From an uncultured Gammaproteobacteria bacterium (GTDB lineage: Bacteria > Pseudomonadota > Gammaproteobacteria > Ga0077536), in contig CAZXQY010000004.1 in NCBI GenBank assembly GCA_964642505.1, positions 1 to 60,829 on the forward strand: DNA of 60,829 bases. The letters are read 5' to 3'. Positions 47,885-59,933 of the stretch are shown here, piece after piece. A model generated the notes under the pieces. That model was not told the origin of the DNA. It saw nothing but the letters and a program-made list of their open reading frames with translations, and did not search any database. Position 1 is the first letter of the stretch. Each line of letters starts with the position of its first letter. A program made the translations under genes and the position numbers.

Positions 47885-49025
47885 ATGGACAAAGGAAACG
47901 TCGCTATATGTGCATCTACCATGGTGCAAAACTAAATGTCCCTACTGCGATTTTAATAGTTTCAAATCTACTCCCTCTTTGGAGGAAAATCGTTACATAG
48001 ACTTTCTTCTCAAGGATTTAGAAGAAGAAATTGAATTTTCTCCCAATCGGGTAGTAAAGAGTATTTATTTTGGCGGAGGCACACCGAGCTTGTTCAGTGG
48101 GGACTCGATAGAAAAATTACTTGACGAAATTAGGCTAAGAGTCCCAACCAATTCGCCGTCAGAAGTGACCCTAGAGGTCAATCCTGAAAGCGCTACTAAG
48201 GAAAAGCTGCGCCACTATCGAATGGCTGGAGTGAATAGAATTTCGCTGGGTGTTCAGAGCTTTTCCGACGGGGTATTGTCTTCGCTTTCTCGGCCTCATA
48301 CTGCCAAAGAGGCCATCAACGCATATTTTACTGTGCGAGAAGCTGGTTTTGAAAACGTTAATTTAGATCTAATTTTCGGGGCTCCAAAATCGACCTGGCA
48401 GAGCGATTTAGCCGATCTAAACCTCGCAATTACTTTGTTTCCAGAACATATCTCAAGGTATCAACTGACTATAGAACAGGATACTAAATTTTCTCTCGTG
48501 CCGCCTGAGTTACCCCATGAAGATGATATCTACAAGTCTTTCTGTCGAGGGCTGCAACTATTGGTCGAAAATGGTTTTCGTCAGTACGAGGTCTCAGCCT
48601 ATGCTCGTCCAGGAAAAACCTCATCCCATAATCTTCATTATTGGAATTATGGTGATTACATAGGGGTCGGGGCCGGTGCTCACAGTAAGGTAACCGTGGA
48701 CAGCAAGATTTTTAGATCTGAAAAAGTAAAAAATCCTGTTTTATATATGTCGAATGTTTCCGGAGATGAAAAGGCTATTAATAGGCGAAGGGTGGACGAA
48801 TCTGATGCGCTGTTAGAATATGTTATCAACGCCACGCGGTTAGTAGACGGTTTTATAATTAGTGATTTGCATGCTAGAACCTGCATACCTCCAAACTCGA
48901 TCGACGTAGTCAGAAAATTAAAAAAGGCCGTGGAAAAAGGGTTTTTAAGCTGGAACGGAGACTTGTTAAAGCCCACTTCGCTTGGCCGACTCTTTCTAAA
49001 CGATCTGCAATTAGTTTTCCTGTAG
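47877..49025 (+). CDS. hemW: Radical SAM heme chaperone HemW
   Basis: YVHLPWC..KCPYCDFN, GGGTPS, HN..YW; follows rdgB (ORF track starts at 47859). Confidence 0.93.
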   Translation: MSEWTKETSLYVHLPWCKTKCPYCDFNSFKSTPSLEENRYIDFLLKDLEEEIEFSPNRVVKSIYFGGGTPSLFSGDSIEKLLDEIRLRVPTNSPSEVTLEVNPESATKEKLRHYRMAGVNRISLGVQSFSDGVLSSLSRPHTAKEAINAYFTVREAGFENVNLDLIFGAPKSTWQSDLADLNLAITLFPEHISRYQLTIEQDTKFSLVPPELPHEDDIYKSFCRGLQLLVENGFRQYEVSAYARPGKTSSHNLHYWNYGDYIGVGAGAHSKVTVDSKIFRSEKVKNPVLYMSNVSGDEKAINRRRVDESDALLEYVINATRLVDGFIISDLHARTCIPPNSIDVVRKLKKAVEKGFLSWNGDLLKPTSLGRLFLNDLQLVFL

Positions 49026-49054
49026 CGACTTTTTGGAAATTCTGTCTGAAAATA

Positions 49055-49696
49055 TCAATTAAAAAACTTCTTTCCAAAGGTTTCGTTCCAGCACATATCT
49101 TCGATGGGTTTTCTATTGAGCTTTGCAGGAAATTTGTTCAACGGATAACCTAAGGTAAGCATCGCCGCTGTCGAAACATCATCGGGAATTTCGAGAAGTT
49201 TTTTTACGTTGGATTCTACTGCGCATAATAGAGTGGTTAGAGCCGAGCCTAATCCTTCGTTTCTTGCACAAAGTAGTATGTTCTGGACAGCGGGATAGAC
49301 AGAGGCGCCACCGACTATGCTCAGTCGATCCAGTTCGATATCCGTTGGATGAACATCTCCTAGTCGAGCGCATATTTGAATTAAAATCGGTATGTTGGCT
49401 AGATTACGGGCAAAATGATCTGCTGCTCGCAACATGCTCGAGTTACGAGCTGATATTTTTATATTGCCTTGTTCTATTCCGCGAATGTAGGGTTCCCACA
49501 GGGGAAGATACAAATCCTGCAGGGCTAATTTTTTGTCTCTCTCGCGTATAACAATGAGGCTGACAGGTTGCCGATTGCCACCGCTGGGACCCCACCTGGC
49601 TGCAGACAAGACTCTTTTTAGTTTTTCTTCTTCTACAGTGTCTTCCTTGTAGTACCTGCACGTATAGGTACTTTCTAATACATCAGTAAGTTCCAC
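49055..49696 (-). CDS. Nitroreductase family protein
   Basis: PSGGNRQP, GASVYPAVQNILLCARNEGLG, LGYP; GTG start after GAGG (ORF track starts at 49723). Confidence 0.88.
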   Translation of the reverse strand: MELTDVLESTYTCRYYKEDTVEEEKLKRVLSAARWGPSGGNRQPVSLIVIRERDKKLALQDLYLPLWEPYIRGIEQGNIKISARNSSMLRAADHFARNLANIPILIQICARLGDVHPTDIELDRLSIVGGASVYPAVQNILLCARNEGLGSALTTLLCAVESNVKKLLEIPDDVSTAAMLTLGYPLNKFPAKLNRKPIEDMCWNETFGKKFFN

Positions 49697-49724
49697 GATT
49701 AATAGCCTCGCCAGATTCCACACA

Positions 49725-51260
49725 TTACAGTAGGTAGATAACAGCTAGCAGGCCAGCTATTGACATTGTGATGGTATAGGGTAGTGCCATCCAGACCATT
49801 TGCATATAGGAGAGTCTGATAAGTGGCGCCAAAGCAGAGGTAAGCAGGAATAAAAAAGCAGCCTGGCCATTCGGAGTCGCGACGCTAGGTATATTAGTAC
49901 CAGTGTTTATCGCTACCGCTAAAAGATCGAATACTTCCCGGGTGATTTGACCATTATCTAAAGCCTGCTTAACTTCGGAAATATAAACAGTTGCAACGAA
50001 GACATTGTCGCTGATCATGGAAAGAAAACCGTTGGCAAGGTAAAACGACGCGATCTGTACGGTGCCTTCTAAGCTTAAGACCCAATGTATTACCGGGGTA
50101 AACAGATGTTGGTCATGAATTACGGCTACGATAGCGAAAAAAACAACTAGAAGGGAAGTGAAAGGTAGCGCCTCTTCAAAAGCGTGCCCAATACGATGTT
50201 CTTCTATTACTCCATTGAAAGCTGTCGCAAGAACAATTACCGTTAAACCAATTACACCGACTTCTGCAACGTGAAAGCCAAGCGCGAAGCAGAGTAAAAT
50301 AGCTGTGATAGCCTGCACCCAAAGTGTGGCTACGTCTTGAGACGTTCTTTGGTCGTTTTCGTGGCGATCGTAATTTTCGAGTATCTCTCTAACGGCGGGT
50401 GGTAATTCTCCCCCGAATCCGAAACTTTTGGTTTTTTCCAGTAGTATGCAAGTGGCCAGCCCAACTATTAGAACCGGCATAGATACAGGGGCCACTCGAA
50501 GGAAAAACTCTACGAATTCCCACTCGGCCATTTTTGCAATTAGCAAGTTTTGAGGTTCTCCTACTAAGGTACAAACGCCACCAAGCGCAGTTCCGACCGC
50601 GCCATGCATCATTAGACTCCTTAAAAAAGCCCTGAACTTTTCGAGGTCAATTCTACGATTTTCCTCGAGGCCACTGTCATTTTCGTTATTCACATCGTGA
50701 GAGTCCCCGTAATTCTTACCCGAAGCTATCTTGTGATATACCGAATAGAATCCGTGGGCGACAGTTATAATTACCGCCGTAACCGTCAGCGCATCTAGGA
50801 AGGCAGATAAAACTGCTGCCACGAAGCAGAATAAGAAAGAAAGAAAGGTCTTCGAACGGACTCTAAGGAGGATTTTTGTAAAAGTGAAAAGCAAAAGTTC
50901 TTTTAAGAAGTAGATTCCTGCTACCATAAACATGAGAAGCATAATGACTGGGAAATTCATGACCGTCTCTTTATAGACTGTTTCGGGCGAAGTCAGACCC
51001 ATAACCACCGCTTCAATGGCTAATAGCCCGCCTGGTTGTAACGGGTAGCATTTTAGTGCCATAGCTAGGCAAAAAATGAATTCTAGGATCAGGCACCAAC
51101 CCAGGAAAAATGGAATCTGCTCAGCAAAAGCTGTCTGTTGACCCAGTAACAAAACCGCTGGGTTGAAGAGCAAAAAGCCTATTATTACTTTTTTGTACCA
51201 ATCCGGCGCTTTCCCTAAAAAGTTCCTAGAAAACGAGTTCATGCTTAACTTTTCGGTCAT
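49725..51260 (-). CDS. nhaB: Na+/H+ antiporter NhaB
   Basis: [49 protein letters not shown]; RBS GGAGGGG before ATG 51260 (alternative start 51272). Confidence 0.95.
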   Translation of the reverse strand: MTEKLSMNSFSRNFLGKAPDWYKKVIIGFLLFNPAVLLLGQQTAFAEQIPFFLGWCLILEFIFCLAMALKCYPLQPGGLLAIEAVVMGLTSPETVYKETVMNFPVIMLLMFMVAGIYFLKELLLFTFTKILLRVRSKTFLSFLFCFVAAVLSAFLDALTVTAVIITVAHGFYSVYHKIASGKNYGDSHDVNNENDSGLEENRRIDLEKFRAFLRSLMMHGAVGTALGGVCTLVGEPQNLLIAKMAEWEFVEFFLRVAPVSMPVLIVGLATCILLEKTKSFGFGGELPPAVREILENYDRHENDQRTSQDVATLWVQAITAILLCFALGFHVAEVGVIGLTVIVLATAFNGVIEEHRIGHAFEEALPFTSLLVVFFAIVAVIHDQHLFTPVIHWVLSLEGTVQIASFYLANGFLSMISDNVFVATVYISEVKQALDNGQITREVFDLLAVAINTGTNIPSVATPNGQAAFLFLLTSALAPLIRLSYMQMVWMALPYTITMSIAGLLAVIYLL

Positions 51261-51570
51261 TTTCCCCTCCATTCGGGTTTTTAACTAATATTGTCTAAGA
51301 GGTTTAGTTTGTCGTAGCAAAATTATAGTATACATTCAAGTTGGTAGTACGCCCATACCCTCGGTGTATCTATACCTACGTTAGTTTGAAAACGCGGCAA
51401 TATTTAGTCCTTGGTGGCGGTATTTATTTCCCCACCGACTGTCTGTTTTTAGTTTATGAACAGTGTCAAGGCTTTTGTACTCTCCCAAGGCCGGTTCTGG
51501 TTTCTCCTTGTTGCTTCAAATTTTTCTTATGGACGATATTGCCCAAAATCCAAGAGTTCAAGTGATACAA

Positions 51571-52716
51571 CTATCTTATTTTGTTTTTGTAGGAGGTTTT
51601 TTCTTCGATTAAGGCTCCTCCTAGACAAGTGTCCCCAGAGTAGAAAACTATCGATTGGCCAGGTGTAACGGCTCTCTGCGGGCTTCGAAATACTACTTTT
51701 AGTTGTTCGGAGGGCATCTCGCTGATTTCACAAGGTTGATCGGCCTGTCGATACCTAATTTTTGCCGAGCAGGAGAATGGAAAATTGCTAGGTGGGTCAA
51801 GAATCCATGATACATCGCCGGCTATTAGAGTATTCGATAATAGGTAGGGGTGTTCGCTTCCTTGCCCGACTACTAATTTGTTTTCGAACAAAATTTTATC
51901 GACAACATACCAAGGATTATTGTTCCCGTAATTTGTTCCACCAATTCCTAAGCCCTTACGTTGTCCTATCGTATAGAAGATAGCGCCCTTATGCTCGCCG
52001 ATCACTCGGTCTTCTGTATCTACTATGGGGCCATCATTTGCCGCGACATATTGAGCTAGAAACGATCTAAATTTTCTTTTGCCGATAAAGCAAATACCTG
52101 TACTGTCCTTTTTACTATGGTTGTTGAGGCCGTATGAACGAGCTAATTTTCTCGTCTCTTTTTTTTCAGATTCGCCTAAGGGAAAAACAACGTTGCTCAA
52201 TTGATCCTGTCCAAGCGAGTAAAGGAAATAACTTTGGTCCTTATTTTTATCGGAAGCTTTCCGCAGTTCTATCCCGAACGAATGGTGTTGAATTTTTGCA
52301 TAGTGTCCTGTTGCAATTACATCGGCGCCTAGTTCCTGTGCTTTGATTTTGAAAGTATTAAATTTTATTTCCTTGTTACAAAGAATGTCCGGGTTTGGAG
52401 TTCTGCCTTTGGCGATTTGGGCCAAGAACTCTTGGAACACTAGGTCCCAGTATTCTTCGGTTAGATCGACAGTGTTTAGAGGTATGTCGAGACGCTCGCA
52501 TACGTCCAAAGCGTCAGCCACATCGGTCTCCCATTGACACATACCAGAAGTTTCTCTATCGTCCCAACTTTTTATAAAAAGAGCCGAGCATCGAAACCCA
52601 GCTTCTTTGATCTTAAGAGCTGCAACTGACGAGTCAACTCCTCCTGACATCGCGATAATAATTAAGGGATCTGAGAAGTTACCTAGTCTCGGATTTTTTA
52701 ACCATTTTTCGGACAT
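51571..52716 (-). CDS. mnmA: tRNA 2-thiouridine(34) synthase MnmA
   Basis: MSGGVDSS, TPNPDILCN, ATGHYA, KDQSYFL, DSTGICFIG. Confidence 0.97.
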   Translation of the reverse strand: MSEKWLKNPRLGNFSDPLIIIAMSGGVDSSVAALKIKEAGFRCSALFIKSWDDRETSGMCQWETDVADALDVCERLDIPLNTVDLTEEYWDLVFQEFLAQIAKGRTPNPDILCNKEIKFNTFKIKAQELGADVIATGHYAKIQHHSFGIELRKASDKNKDQSYFLYSLGQDQLSNVVFPLGESEKKETRKLARSYGLNNHSKKDSTGICFIGKRKFRSFLAQYVAANDGPIVDTEDRVIGEHKGAIFYTIGQRKGLGIGGTNYGNNNPWYVVDKILFENKLVVGQGSEHPYLLSNTLIAGDVSWILDPPSNFPFSCSAKIRYRQADQPCEISEMPSEQLKVVFRSPQRAVTPGQSIVFYSGDTCLGGALIEEKTSYKNKIR

Positions 52717-52750
52717 TACCTTTTGATCCCGGCCTATCGTTGTGTCGTTT

Positions 52751-55700
52751 TCATTGTTCTATTTTTGTGACGGTGGGGTTCTCCCAATCACCTTCAATAA
52801 GGTACTCTTTTTGTAAGATTTCATCTACCTTGCCTGGTATAGACTTAAATACTTTTTGGCTCAAAAAATATACCGCTCCCGCTCCTAGCCCTACCGGCCC
52901 TAGCAATGCGCTGGCCACCGGAATGCTGTCGGACAGTTTAGGGGTTACGGTGGCAACTTGTTTGTAAGACCTTGCTTTAAGATCAGTTTTTCCAGAGACC
53001 TCAATGGTTACTGAAGGTCCATCAAGCATCATATTATCTGTAGTTGCTATGCCCTCTTTAAGAGCAAATTCGCCTTTTATGATGTCGAAAGAAAGTCCCT
53101 TTTGGAATAGGTCTTTAAAATCGAGTGACAGGCGTCTCGGCAACGCTTGAAGGCTCATCAAACCGAAGAGACGGCCAGTGCCTGGTTTAAGATTTAGTAT
53201 TCTACCGTCTTGAATGCTCAGCTCTAATAGTCCTGTTACCTGCGAGAAATTGAATTTGGTCGGTGAGTCGTTCCATTGGGCTTCAAGGAGGAAGGTGGTG
53301 GAGCTGCTTTCCAGTCCCTTTACGCTGTAATCACCCGATGAAAAAAATTCCTCTAGGTTTTTTCCGCTGCCTTTGATAGTGCACAAAGTATTGGAAGGTT
53401 GGCTATTCCAGGTTCCGTTCATTTGTAAATTTAAGTTGTCGCCAAGTAGCTCAAATTCTTTTACGTGGAAAGCTCCATTCTCGCTGTACGATTTGAAAGC
53501 CAATCTCCCAAGCGCATGATTTCCGTAACTTAACGAATCAACTTCCACATTTAGTGGAGGAACTTCCAGGAGGGTTAAGTTTGTTTGCCTTTCGAAGTCG
53601 AAAGCGGTTATTTTCAACATGTTTAAATTAACATCGTAAGAAGCCCTAGCTTTCTTAAGCGGTACCAGAATTCTCCCTGAAATTCGATCGCCGGACAGCT
53701 TTAGCACCCAATTTACGTCGGTTCGTTTTATTTGTACTTGAGTGTCTTTTATAGTTTGATCTAGTATGTGCAGTTTTTCGATTTTTATTTCTATTAAATC
53801 CGGCTGCTCCTGTCGGCTTAGTACGAATTTCGCCATTGGACCATCAGATGATACTGAGTCGATAGTTAAAACAGTATTTCTCGCAGACGTTACATTGACT
53901 TCAAACTGTTTGTCTCCGATCGTTGCCGACAGATTTTTGCCGTTTAGTTTGTCTTCTGAGAAAAACAACAAACCCGTTAGGTTTCGGAGTGCTAGATCGG
54001 TGCCTCTGATTTTGGCGGTATTCCCTTCAAATATAACGGTACCATTCAAATCCTGTTCAAATTCACCGAATAAATTTATCCCGGTCTCTATTTTCACATG
54101 AAGAATTTGATCTACTTCTATCTCAGTAAGAAGGTTGGAAGCTGTACTTTTCACTGGGATTTTTTCTATCAAATTTGAAAATTCTGATTGGAATCCCCAA
54201 AAGTCCCCAGTGAAGCGCAGTCTTTTTTCCGGTGACAATAGGTTGTCGATTTGAACTTGAGCAGCACCTAAGTTGAAATTCTCCACTTGTCCTTCACTAA
54301 AGCTAAATTTCAAAGAGTCATCCAAGATACGCACAGTGCCATACACGCCGGTTGTAGCCGGCCAGTCATTCAAAAAGTTGATAGTGGCGTCGGCGAGATC
54401 GATATTCACTGCTAGTCTATCTGTCTCGTTTTTGCCGATCTCCGGTTTGATGGACCCTTCGTAAATAAATTCGCTATTCGGGATACTGCCTCCTAGAACA
54501 GCATTTTTTAACCAATCTTCGCCATCTTGAGGTAAAATATTTTGCGGAATTAATTGTTGCAAATCATTAGTATTGCCGCTTTCAAAATTTGTTTTTAATG
54601 CGATTCGAGTATCGGATCCTTGCGGTGTTCGCATTATTACATCTGAAGTAAATTTAATTCCATTGGCCAGTCCCGTTAGTCCATCAGAAATTAAGATCAA
54701 TCCTTCATTGTTGGATTTTCTCCATGCCATGTCTCCATTAAGGTTGGTCAAGGAGATTTGGTCCTTAAAAAAAACTTCATCCTTCAGCCGCAAATCATGT
54801 TGTTTGAAAATTAATTTACCTGTTCCTAAATTCGCTTCTAAGAAGAATCCGGATCCCGCCAGCAGCGAAGGTCGCCATGAGGGTGCTATCTCGAAATCGG
54901 AAACTCCCATCAAAAGTCTCATCTGGTGGTCACCTAAAATTTTTTCATCCCAAGCTATTGCCAGAGCGGTGATTTCCCCTCCTAACCATTTGAATTCATA
55001 ATTTTTTTCTAATCCCATCAGATGTTGTGGATTTAAAATAGAAGCGAATTCAGCGGGGACGTCTGTACCACGGATATAGACAGAAGAAAAGTTATGACCT
55101 CGAAGAGTAGTAAAGCCGCTAAGAAGTCCCGTTTTTTTTCTTTGTTTGTTTATAGAGATAGTGCCCATTTCAAACAACCACCGGTCGAATTGGGACCATA
55201 GTTGCCCCGATATTTTTAATTTGCTACTGGCTAAGCTATAGACTGCTGGGTCATTTACTATTTTATGGTTATTCCCTTCTTTGATAGTCAGGTTATAGCT
55301 AATGCCTTTTATCTTTCCTTCTTGCAATTGGAACCAGCAGACTAGATCTAATTGACTCTGGATAAGATCCCTATTGAGAATTGGAAAGGTCTCAAGAAAT
55401 AGTGAAGGATCTAGCTTGTCGACTGATAATCCTATTTCTCCTTCAAAATCGATAAAATTGGATTTTTTCTGTGGCTTCAAGTGAAAGTGGATTTTCTCGC
55501 CAATAGAGGATAAATGGCCTTCTCCTTGAATATTCGTCGTTTGTCGGCGATTCAAGGAGGTAATTTTAAAATCAGAAATTTCTTCAGTTTTGGAGAGCAC
55601 TAAATCTGTGATTTCAAGTCCTGAAGCAGTTAAATGAAATTTCCTTTGCGAGAATAACCAATCAAAAAAATTATTTTTGGAAGATGACATGCCGTTTATT

Positions 55701-56101
55701 AAAATCCGGCCATTTTTTTTACGGGTTATGGAAAAATTCGCCCCATTAACAACTATTTTTTGCAGACTAAGTCGAGCAGACATGATGGTTTGAAAGAGGC
55801 TTATTGCCACTTCTACTTTATCTGCTGTAAAAATAGTTGCGTTAGTTGAGCGTTTGTAGATCTTGAAATTCCCTATGCGAATTGTAGGGTTCCAACCTGC
55901 CCAGCCTCCTTCTAAATTTTTAAAGGAGGTATGGTGCCCCAAGGACTCTTGTATATACGACGAAATTAAGGATTCCTTTTCAATAACGAAAGGGAAAATC
56001 AGTCTAATAAATATTAGAAGGGCGGCAACGGTCGTTCCACCCAGTAGTATACTGGAATATTGAAGCCCCATAATTGAAGAGCGAATCGTTTTTATAGTCA
56101 T
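52751..56101 (-). CDS. yhdP: YhdP/AsmA2-family phospholipid bridge protein
   Basis: N-terminal TM anchor, [47 protein letters not shown]. Confidence 0.85.
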   Translation of the reverse strand: MTIKTIRSSIMGLQYSSILLGGTTVAALLIFIRLIFPFVIEKESLISSYIQESLGHHTSFKNLEGGWAGWNPTIRIGNFKIYKRSTNATIFTADKVEVAISLFQTIMSARLSLQKIVVNGANFSITRKKNGRILINGMSSSKNNFFDWLFSQRKFHLTASGLEITDLVLSKTEEISDFKITSLNRRQTTNIQGEGHLSSIGEKIHFHLKPQKKSNFIDFEGEIGLSVDKLDPSLFLETFPILNRDLIQSQLDLVCWFQLQEGKIKGISYNLTIKEGNNHKIVNDPAVYSLASSKLKISGQLWSQFDRWLFEMGTISINKQRKKTGLLSGFTTLRGHNFSSVYIRGTDVPAEFASILNPQHLMGLEKNYEFKWLGGEITALAIAWDEKILGDHQMRLLMGVSDFEIAPSWRPSLLAGSGFFLEANLGTGKLIFKQHDLRLKDEVFFKDQISLTNLNGDMAWRKSNNEGLILISDGLTGLANGIKFTSDVIMRTPQGSDTRIALKTNFESGNTNDLQQLIPQNILPQDGEDWLKNAVLGGSIPNSEFIYEGSIKPEIGKNETDRLAVNIDLADATINFLNDWPATTGVYGTVRILDDSLKFSFSEGQVENFNLGAAQVQIDNLLSPEKRLRFTGDFWGFQSEFSNLIEKIPVKSTASNLLTEIEVDQILHVKIETGINLFGEFEQDLNGTVIFEGNTAKIRGTDLALRNLTGLLFFSEDKLNGKNLSATIGDKQFEVNVTSARNTVLTIDSVSSDGPMAKFVLSRQEQPDLIEIKIEKLHILDQTIKDTQVQIKRTDVNWVLKLSGDRISGRILVPLKKARASYDVNLNMLKITAFDFERQTNLTLLEVPPLNVEVDSLSYGNHALGRLAFKSYSENGAFHVKEFELLGDNLNLQMNGTWNSQPSNTLCTIKGSGKNLEEFFSSGDYSVKGLESSSTTFLLEAQWNDSPTKFNFSQVTGLLELSIQDGRILNLKPGTGRLFGLMSLQALPRRLSLDFKDLFQKGLSFDIIKGEFALKEGIATTDNMMLDGPSVTIEVSGKTDLKARSYKQVATVTPKLSDSIPVASALLGPVGLGAGAVYFLSQKVFKSIPGKVDEILQKEYLIEGDWENPTVTKIEQ

Positions 56102-56175
56102 ATGTATGTTCTATGATAACTCTTTTTAGGCCTTTCTTAACCGTTAAAATTTGCTCAATTCACTGTAGAAATAGT

Positions 56176-56204
56176 TTGACAGGAGATGTATTCGCCAGTA
56201 ATTT
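56176..56204 (+). promoter_or_regulatory. Sigma70-type promoter for alaC-hom-thrC
   Basis: TTGACA (56176-56181), 17 nt, TAATTT (56199-56204). Confidence 0.5.
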
Positions 56205-56244
56205 TAGTTTCTTTAACTACCTATTTGATATCTATATACTTGTT

Positions 56245-57423
56245 GTGAAAGACGGATTTTCTCGAATCGCGAGGTTGCCACCTTATGTGTTTAACCAAGT
56301 AAATGAACTAAAGCTGCGTTCTCGGCAGGCTGGGCAGGATATTGTTGATTTTGGAATGGGAAACCCAGACCAACCGCCGCCGAAGCATATCGTTGAAAAG
56401 TTAACGGAAGTAGCGAAACGAGAAGATGTCCATAGGTATTCGGTTTCCAAAGGAATACCTCGATTGAGGCGAGCTATTTGCGACTGGTATCGGACGCGTT
56501 ATTCTGTCGAGCTGGATCCAGAAAGCGAAGCAATCGTTACCATAGGTTCCAAAGAAGGGCTTGCTCATTTGGCCATGGCAACAGTTGATAGGGGCGATGC
56601 GGTTTTAGTACCAAATCCGGCGTATCCTATACACCCTTACGGATTTGTTATAGCGGGCGCCGACATTCGGCATGTGCCAATGGATAGGGAATTAAATTTC
56701 TTTGACGAATTGGAAAGTGCGATTCGAAATACGTGGCCCAGACCGAAGATGTTACTACTCAATTTTCCCAGTAATCCTACGACGCAGTGCGTGGATTTAC
56801 ATTTTTTTGAGAAGGTTGTAGAGATAGCGCGAGACAGCAATATGTATGTAGTCCACGATATAGCGTACGCTGATCTAGTATTTGATGGTTACAAAGCGCC
56901 TTCAATATTGCAAATAGCGGGAGCCAGAGAAGTAGCAGTGGAGTTCTTCTCGCTGTCAAAAAGTTATAATATGCCGGGATGGCGTGTGGGTTTTATGGTA
57001 GGAAATCAAGAATTAGTTCAGGCCCTGGGGCGTTTAAAATCTTATTTAGATTATGGTACCTTTACTCCTATTCAGGTCGCCGCGATCGCGGCGCTAGAAG
57101 GACCTCAGCAATGTGTACAGGATATTTGTCGCATGTATCAGTTGAGGAGAGATGTGTTGTGCGACGGAATGCAAGCTGCGGGTTGGAGAGTAGATAAGCC
57201 GCTGGGAACAATGTTTGTTTGGGCCAAGATACCTGAGGAATTTGTAAAAATGGGTTCTTTGGAATTTTCAAAACTTCTTTTAAAAAAGGCCAGGGTCGCG
57301 ACATCTCCCGGGATAGGTTTTGGTGAATATGGCGACTCCCATGTTCGTTTCGCATTGATTGAAAATTTACATCGAACCAGACAGGCGGTAAGAGGTATTA
57401 AGGAAATGATGCGGGGAGCTTAG
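56245..57423 (+). CDS. alaC: Alanine transaminase AlaC (class I aminotransferase)
   Basis: [42 protein letters not shown]; GTG start proposed downstream of the promoter (ORF track starts at 56113). Confidence 0.9.
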   Translation: MKDGFSRIARLPPYVFNQVNELKLRSRQAGQDIVDFGMGNPDQPPPKHIVEKLTEVAKREDVHRYSVSKGIPRLRRAICDWYRTRYSVELDPESEAIVTIGSKEGLAHLAMATVDRGDAVLVPNPAYPIHPYGFVIAGADIRHVPMDRELNFFDELESAIRNTWPRPKMLLLNFPSNPTTQCVDLHFFEKVVEIARDSNMYVVHDIAYADLVFDGYKAPSILQIAGAREVAVEFFSLSKSYNMPGWRVGFMVGNQELVQALGRLKSYLDYGTFTPIQVAAIAALEGPQQCVQDICRMYQLRRDVLCDGMQAAGWRVDKPLGTMFVWAKIPEEFVKMGSLEFSKLLLKKARVATSPGIGFGEYGDSHVRFALIENLHRTRQAVRGIKEMMRGA

Positions 57424-57430
57424 GTAGGTT

Positions 57431-58756
57431 ATGACTGAACCCTGCAAAAATGAAAAGAATTGTTTAAACATTGGGATAATTGGTCTGGGCACGGTTGGTT
57501 CCGGCGTCGTTGCGGCACTACAAAGAGATCCTGATTTACTCCAAAAAGAGATTGGAAAAGAAGTAAAAATTTCTGCTGCCAGTGTGCGTGACTTGGCAAA
57601 GAAAAGACCGGGTATAAATCTGGATTTTAAGGTAACTGACGATCCAGTCGAAATTGTAGAAGATCCCAGTATTGATTTAGTAATAGAATTGATAGGCGGA
57701 ATAGAGCCGGCCAGAGATCTTATTGTCAGGGCGATGAAAAATGGTAAGCACGTAGTGACGGCTAATAAGGCTTTGCTCGCAAGTCACGGAAAAGAACTAT
57801 TTGATCTTGCGTCAAAAAACAAATGTTTTTTGGGGTGTGAGGGGGCTGTTGCCGGTGGAATACCGATCATTAAGGTTATCCGAGAGGGGCTGGTCGCCAA
57901 CAAGATTTCGAGATTGGAAGGTATAATTAACGGAACTTGTAACTTTATTTTGACGGGCATGAAAGAACGTCAAACGTCTTTTGAAAGAATATTGAAAGAA
58001 GCACAAGACAAAGGGTTCGCAGAACAAGATCCGACTTTTGATGTAGGTGGAATCGATGCAGCCCAAAAATTGACGATCCTCGCTGCGTTGCTGTTTGGTG
58101 TTCCACTCGACCTTAACAAGGTTTCAGTAGAGGGTATTTCTCAGATTGAGCTTGATGACATTAATTACGCAGAGAAATTAGGATATCGAGTCAAACATCT
58201 TGCGATGGCTGTCCGGTCTCCATCAGGCATTGAATTGAGGGTACATCCAGCCTTGGTTCCGGAAAATCATATGTTGGCTAATATAGAGCGAGAAATGAAC
58301 GCGATAGTTCTTGAAGGAGACTTACTTGGACCTCTTTTGATTTCCGGAGCTGGAGCAGGTGCTGAACCTACTGCATCATCGGTACTCGCCGATGTGGCCG
58401 ATTGCCTGAGGAAGGGTGACAGTGATTGGCAGCTACTGCGATCACCGACGGCCGAAGAAAGGGGGCGAGGAGTGTCTGTTACAAATCTTCGTAAGATCAC
58501 TAGTTCTTTTTATTTTCGTGTAAGTGCAGTAAATGAACCAGGAATTCTTGCCTCTATCACCAAGGTTCTAGCGGCGAGAGAAATTAGCATTGAGGCAATT
58601 GTTCAACATGAGGAGAGGGGAGACGATTGCAGGGTCCCTATCGTTATTATTACCGAAAAAATAGAAGAAGAACAGGCGACTCTTGCCGCTCAGGCAATGT
58701 CAGAGATGCCAGGTATTGTTGGTTCTGTTAAAAGTTTCCGTGTCGAGAAGAGCTGA
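57431..58756 (+). CDS. hom: Homoserine dehydrogenase with ACT domain
   Basis: GLGTVG, VVTANKA, AVAGGIP, NGTCNFIL, GAGAEPTAS. Confidence 0.96.
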   Translation: MTEPCKNEKNCLNIGIIGLGTVGSGVVAALQRDPDLLQKEIGKEVKISAASVRDLAKKRPGINLDFKVTDDPVEIVEDPSIDLVIELIGGIEPARDLIVRAMKNGKHVVTANKALLASHGKELFDLASKNKCFLGCEGAVAGGIPIIKVIREGLVANKISRLEGIINGTCNFILTGMKERQTSFERILKEAQDKGFAEQDPTFDVGGIDAAQKLTILAALLFGVPLDLNKVSVEGISQIELDDINYAEKLGYRVKHLAMAVRSPSGIELRVHPALVPENHMLANIEREMNAIVLEGDLLGPLLISGAGAGAEPTASSVLADVADCLRKGDSDWQLLRSPTAEERGRGVSVTNLRKITSSFYFRVSAVNEPGILASITKVLAAREISIEAIVQHEERGDDCRVPIVIITEKIEEEQATLAAQAMSEMPGIVGSVKSFRVEKS

Positions 58757-58761
58757 CCATT

Positions 58762-59868
58762 ATGGATTATAAAGGCCTAATAGATAAGTACATCGATCGT
58801 CTGCCATTGGACTCTATAGATGGAATAGTCACCCTATACGAGGGTGGGACTCCTCTCATAGAGCTCAAAAATATTCCGCTGTGTAATTCGCGTGGAATAA
58901 AACTGTATGCTAAATTTGAGGGCCTTAATCCCACGGGTTCTTTCAAGGATCGTGGCATGACGGTGGCGATTACTCAAGCTGTAAAAGAAGGGTATCAGGC
59001 AGTGATATGCGCCTCGACTGGTAATACCTCAGCGTCTGCTGCGGCCTATTCTGCGAAGGCTGGTTTGCCATGTTTCGTTATTATACCATCTGGGAAGATA
59101 GCTTTAGGTAAATTGGCGCAAGCAGTTGCACACGGTGCTATTGTGCTCCAGATTGCTGGTAATTTTGATTCTGGGATGGCAATAGTTAAGGAGATGGCCG
59201 AACATCAAGGCCTTGCGGTGGTGAATTCGGTGAATCCGTTTCGTCTACAAGGTCAAAAAACTGGGGCGTTTGAGATAGTTGATCAACTAGGTAAAGCGCC
59301 CGACTATCATTGTATACCGGTAGGAAATGCCGGCAATATAAGTGCGTACTGGATGGGTTTCAGCGAATACTGCGGCATTGGCCTCCCGGGCCAGAAAAAA
59401 TACAAATATTCTAAGTCTGCGGTAATTTCCAATAGGCCTGTAATGGTAGGCTACCAAGCAGAAGGTGCTGCCCCGTTTGTGAGAGAGAGAATAATTGATA
59501 AGCCTGAAACGATTGCTACGGCAATCCGCATTGGGAATCCCCAATCCTTAGAGTTGGCCAAAACAGCAAGTGTCCAATCTGCCGGTTGGTTTAAAAGCTT
59601 AAGCGATGCTGAAATTATAGATAAACAAAAATTACTTGCGCAAAAGGAAGGCATATTTTGTGAGCCGGCCTCAGCAATTGCGGTTGGGGGAGCGCTGTCT
59701 GATATAGAAGAAGGACGAATTCCTGAGGGAAGTGTTGTTACTTGTACTTTAACAGGACATGGGTTGAAGGATCCGGATATCGTTATAGGGCGATATAATA
59801 CTGAAGTGTTAGAAGTGGCAGCCCGTCGGGAAGCGGTTGCGGAAGTGATCGGCCGTTATATTTCCTAA
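58762..59868 (+). CDS. thrC: Threonine synthase
   Basis: NPTGSFKDRGM, CASTGNTSAS, PVGNAGN, FCEPASA, TGHGLKD. Confidence 0.96.
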   Translation: MDYKGLIDKYIDRLPLDSIDGIVTLYEGGTPLIELKNIPLCNSRGIKLYAKFEGLNPTGSFKDRGMTVAITQAVKEGYQAVICASTGNTSASAAAYSAKAGLPCFVIIPSGKIALGKLAQAVAHGAIVLQIAGNFDSGMAIVKEMAEHQGLAVVNSVNPFRLQGQKTGAFEIVDQLGKAPDYHCIPVGNAGNISAYWMGFSEYCGIGLPGQKKYKYSKSAVISNRPVMVGYQAEGAAPFVRERIIDKPETIATAIRIGNPQSLELAKTASVQSAGWFKSLSDAEIIDKQKLLAQKEGIFCEPASAIAVGGALSDIEEGRIPEGSVVTCTLTGHGLKDPDIVIGRYNTEVLEVAARREAVAEVIGRYIS

Positions 59869-59933
59869 AAAATCTACGATATTACCAGTTATATTGTGAA
59901 GATTACTTCAATCAGACCGGGTGAGATTGAACC

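Noticed and set aside
51341-51668. Two short plus-strand ORFs (74 and 70 aa) in the nhaB-mnmA gap
   Set aside because: No clear RBS, no motif; one overlaps mnmA antisense
56113-56244. 44-aa N-terminal extension of AlaC
   Set aside because: Not protein-like, contains a good sigma70 promoter; family similarity starts at about 56245
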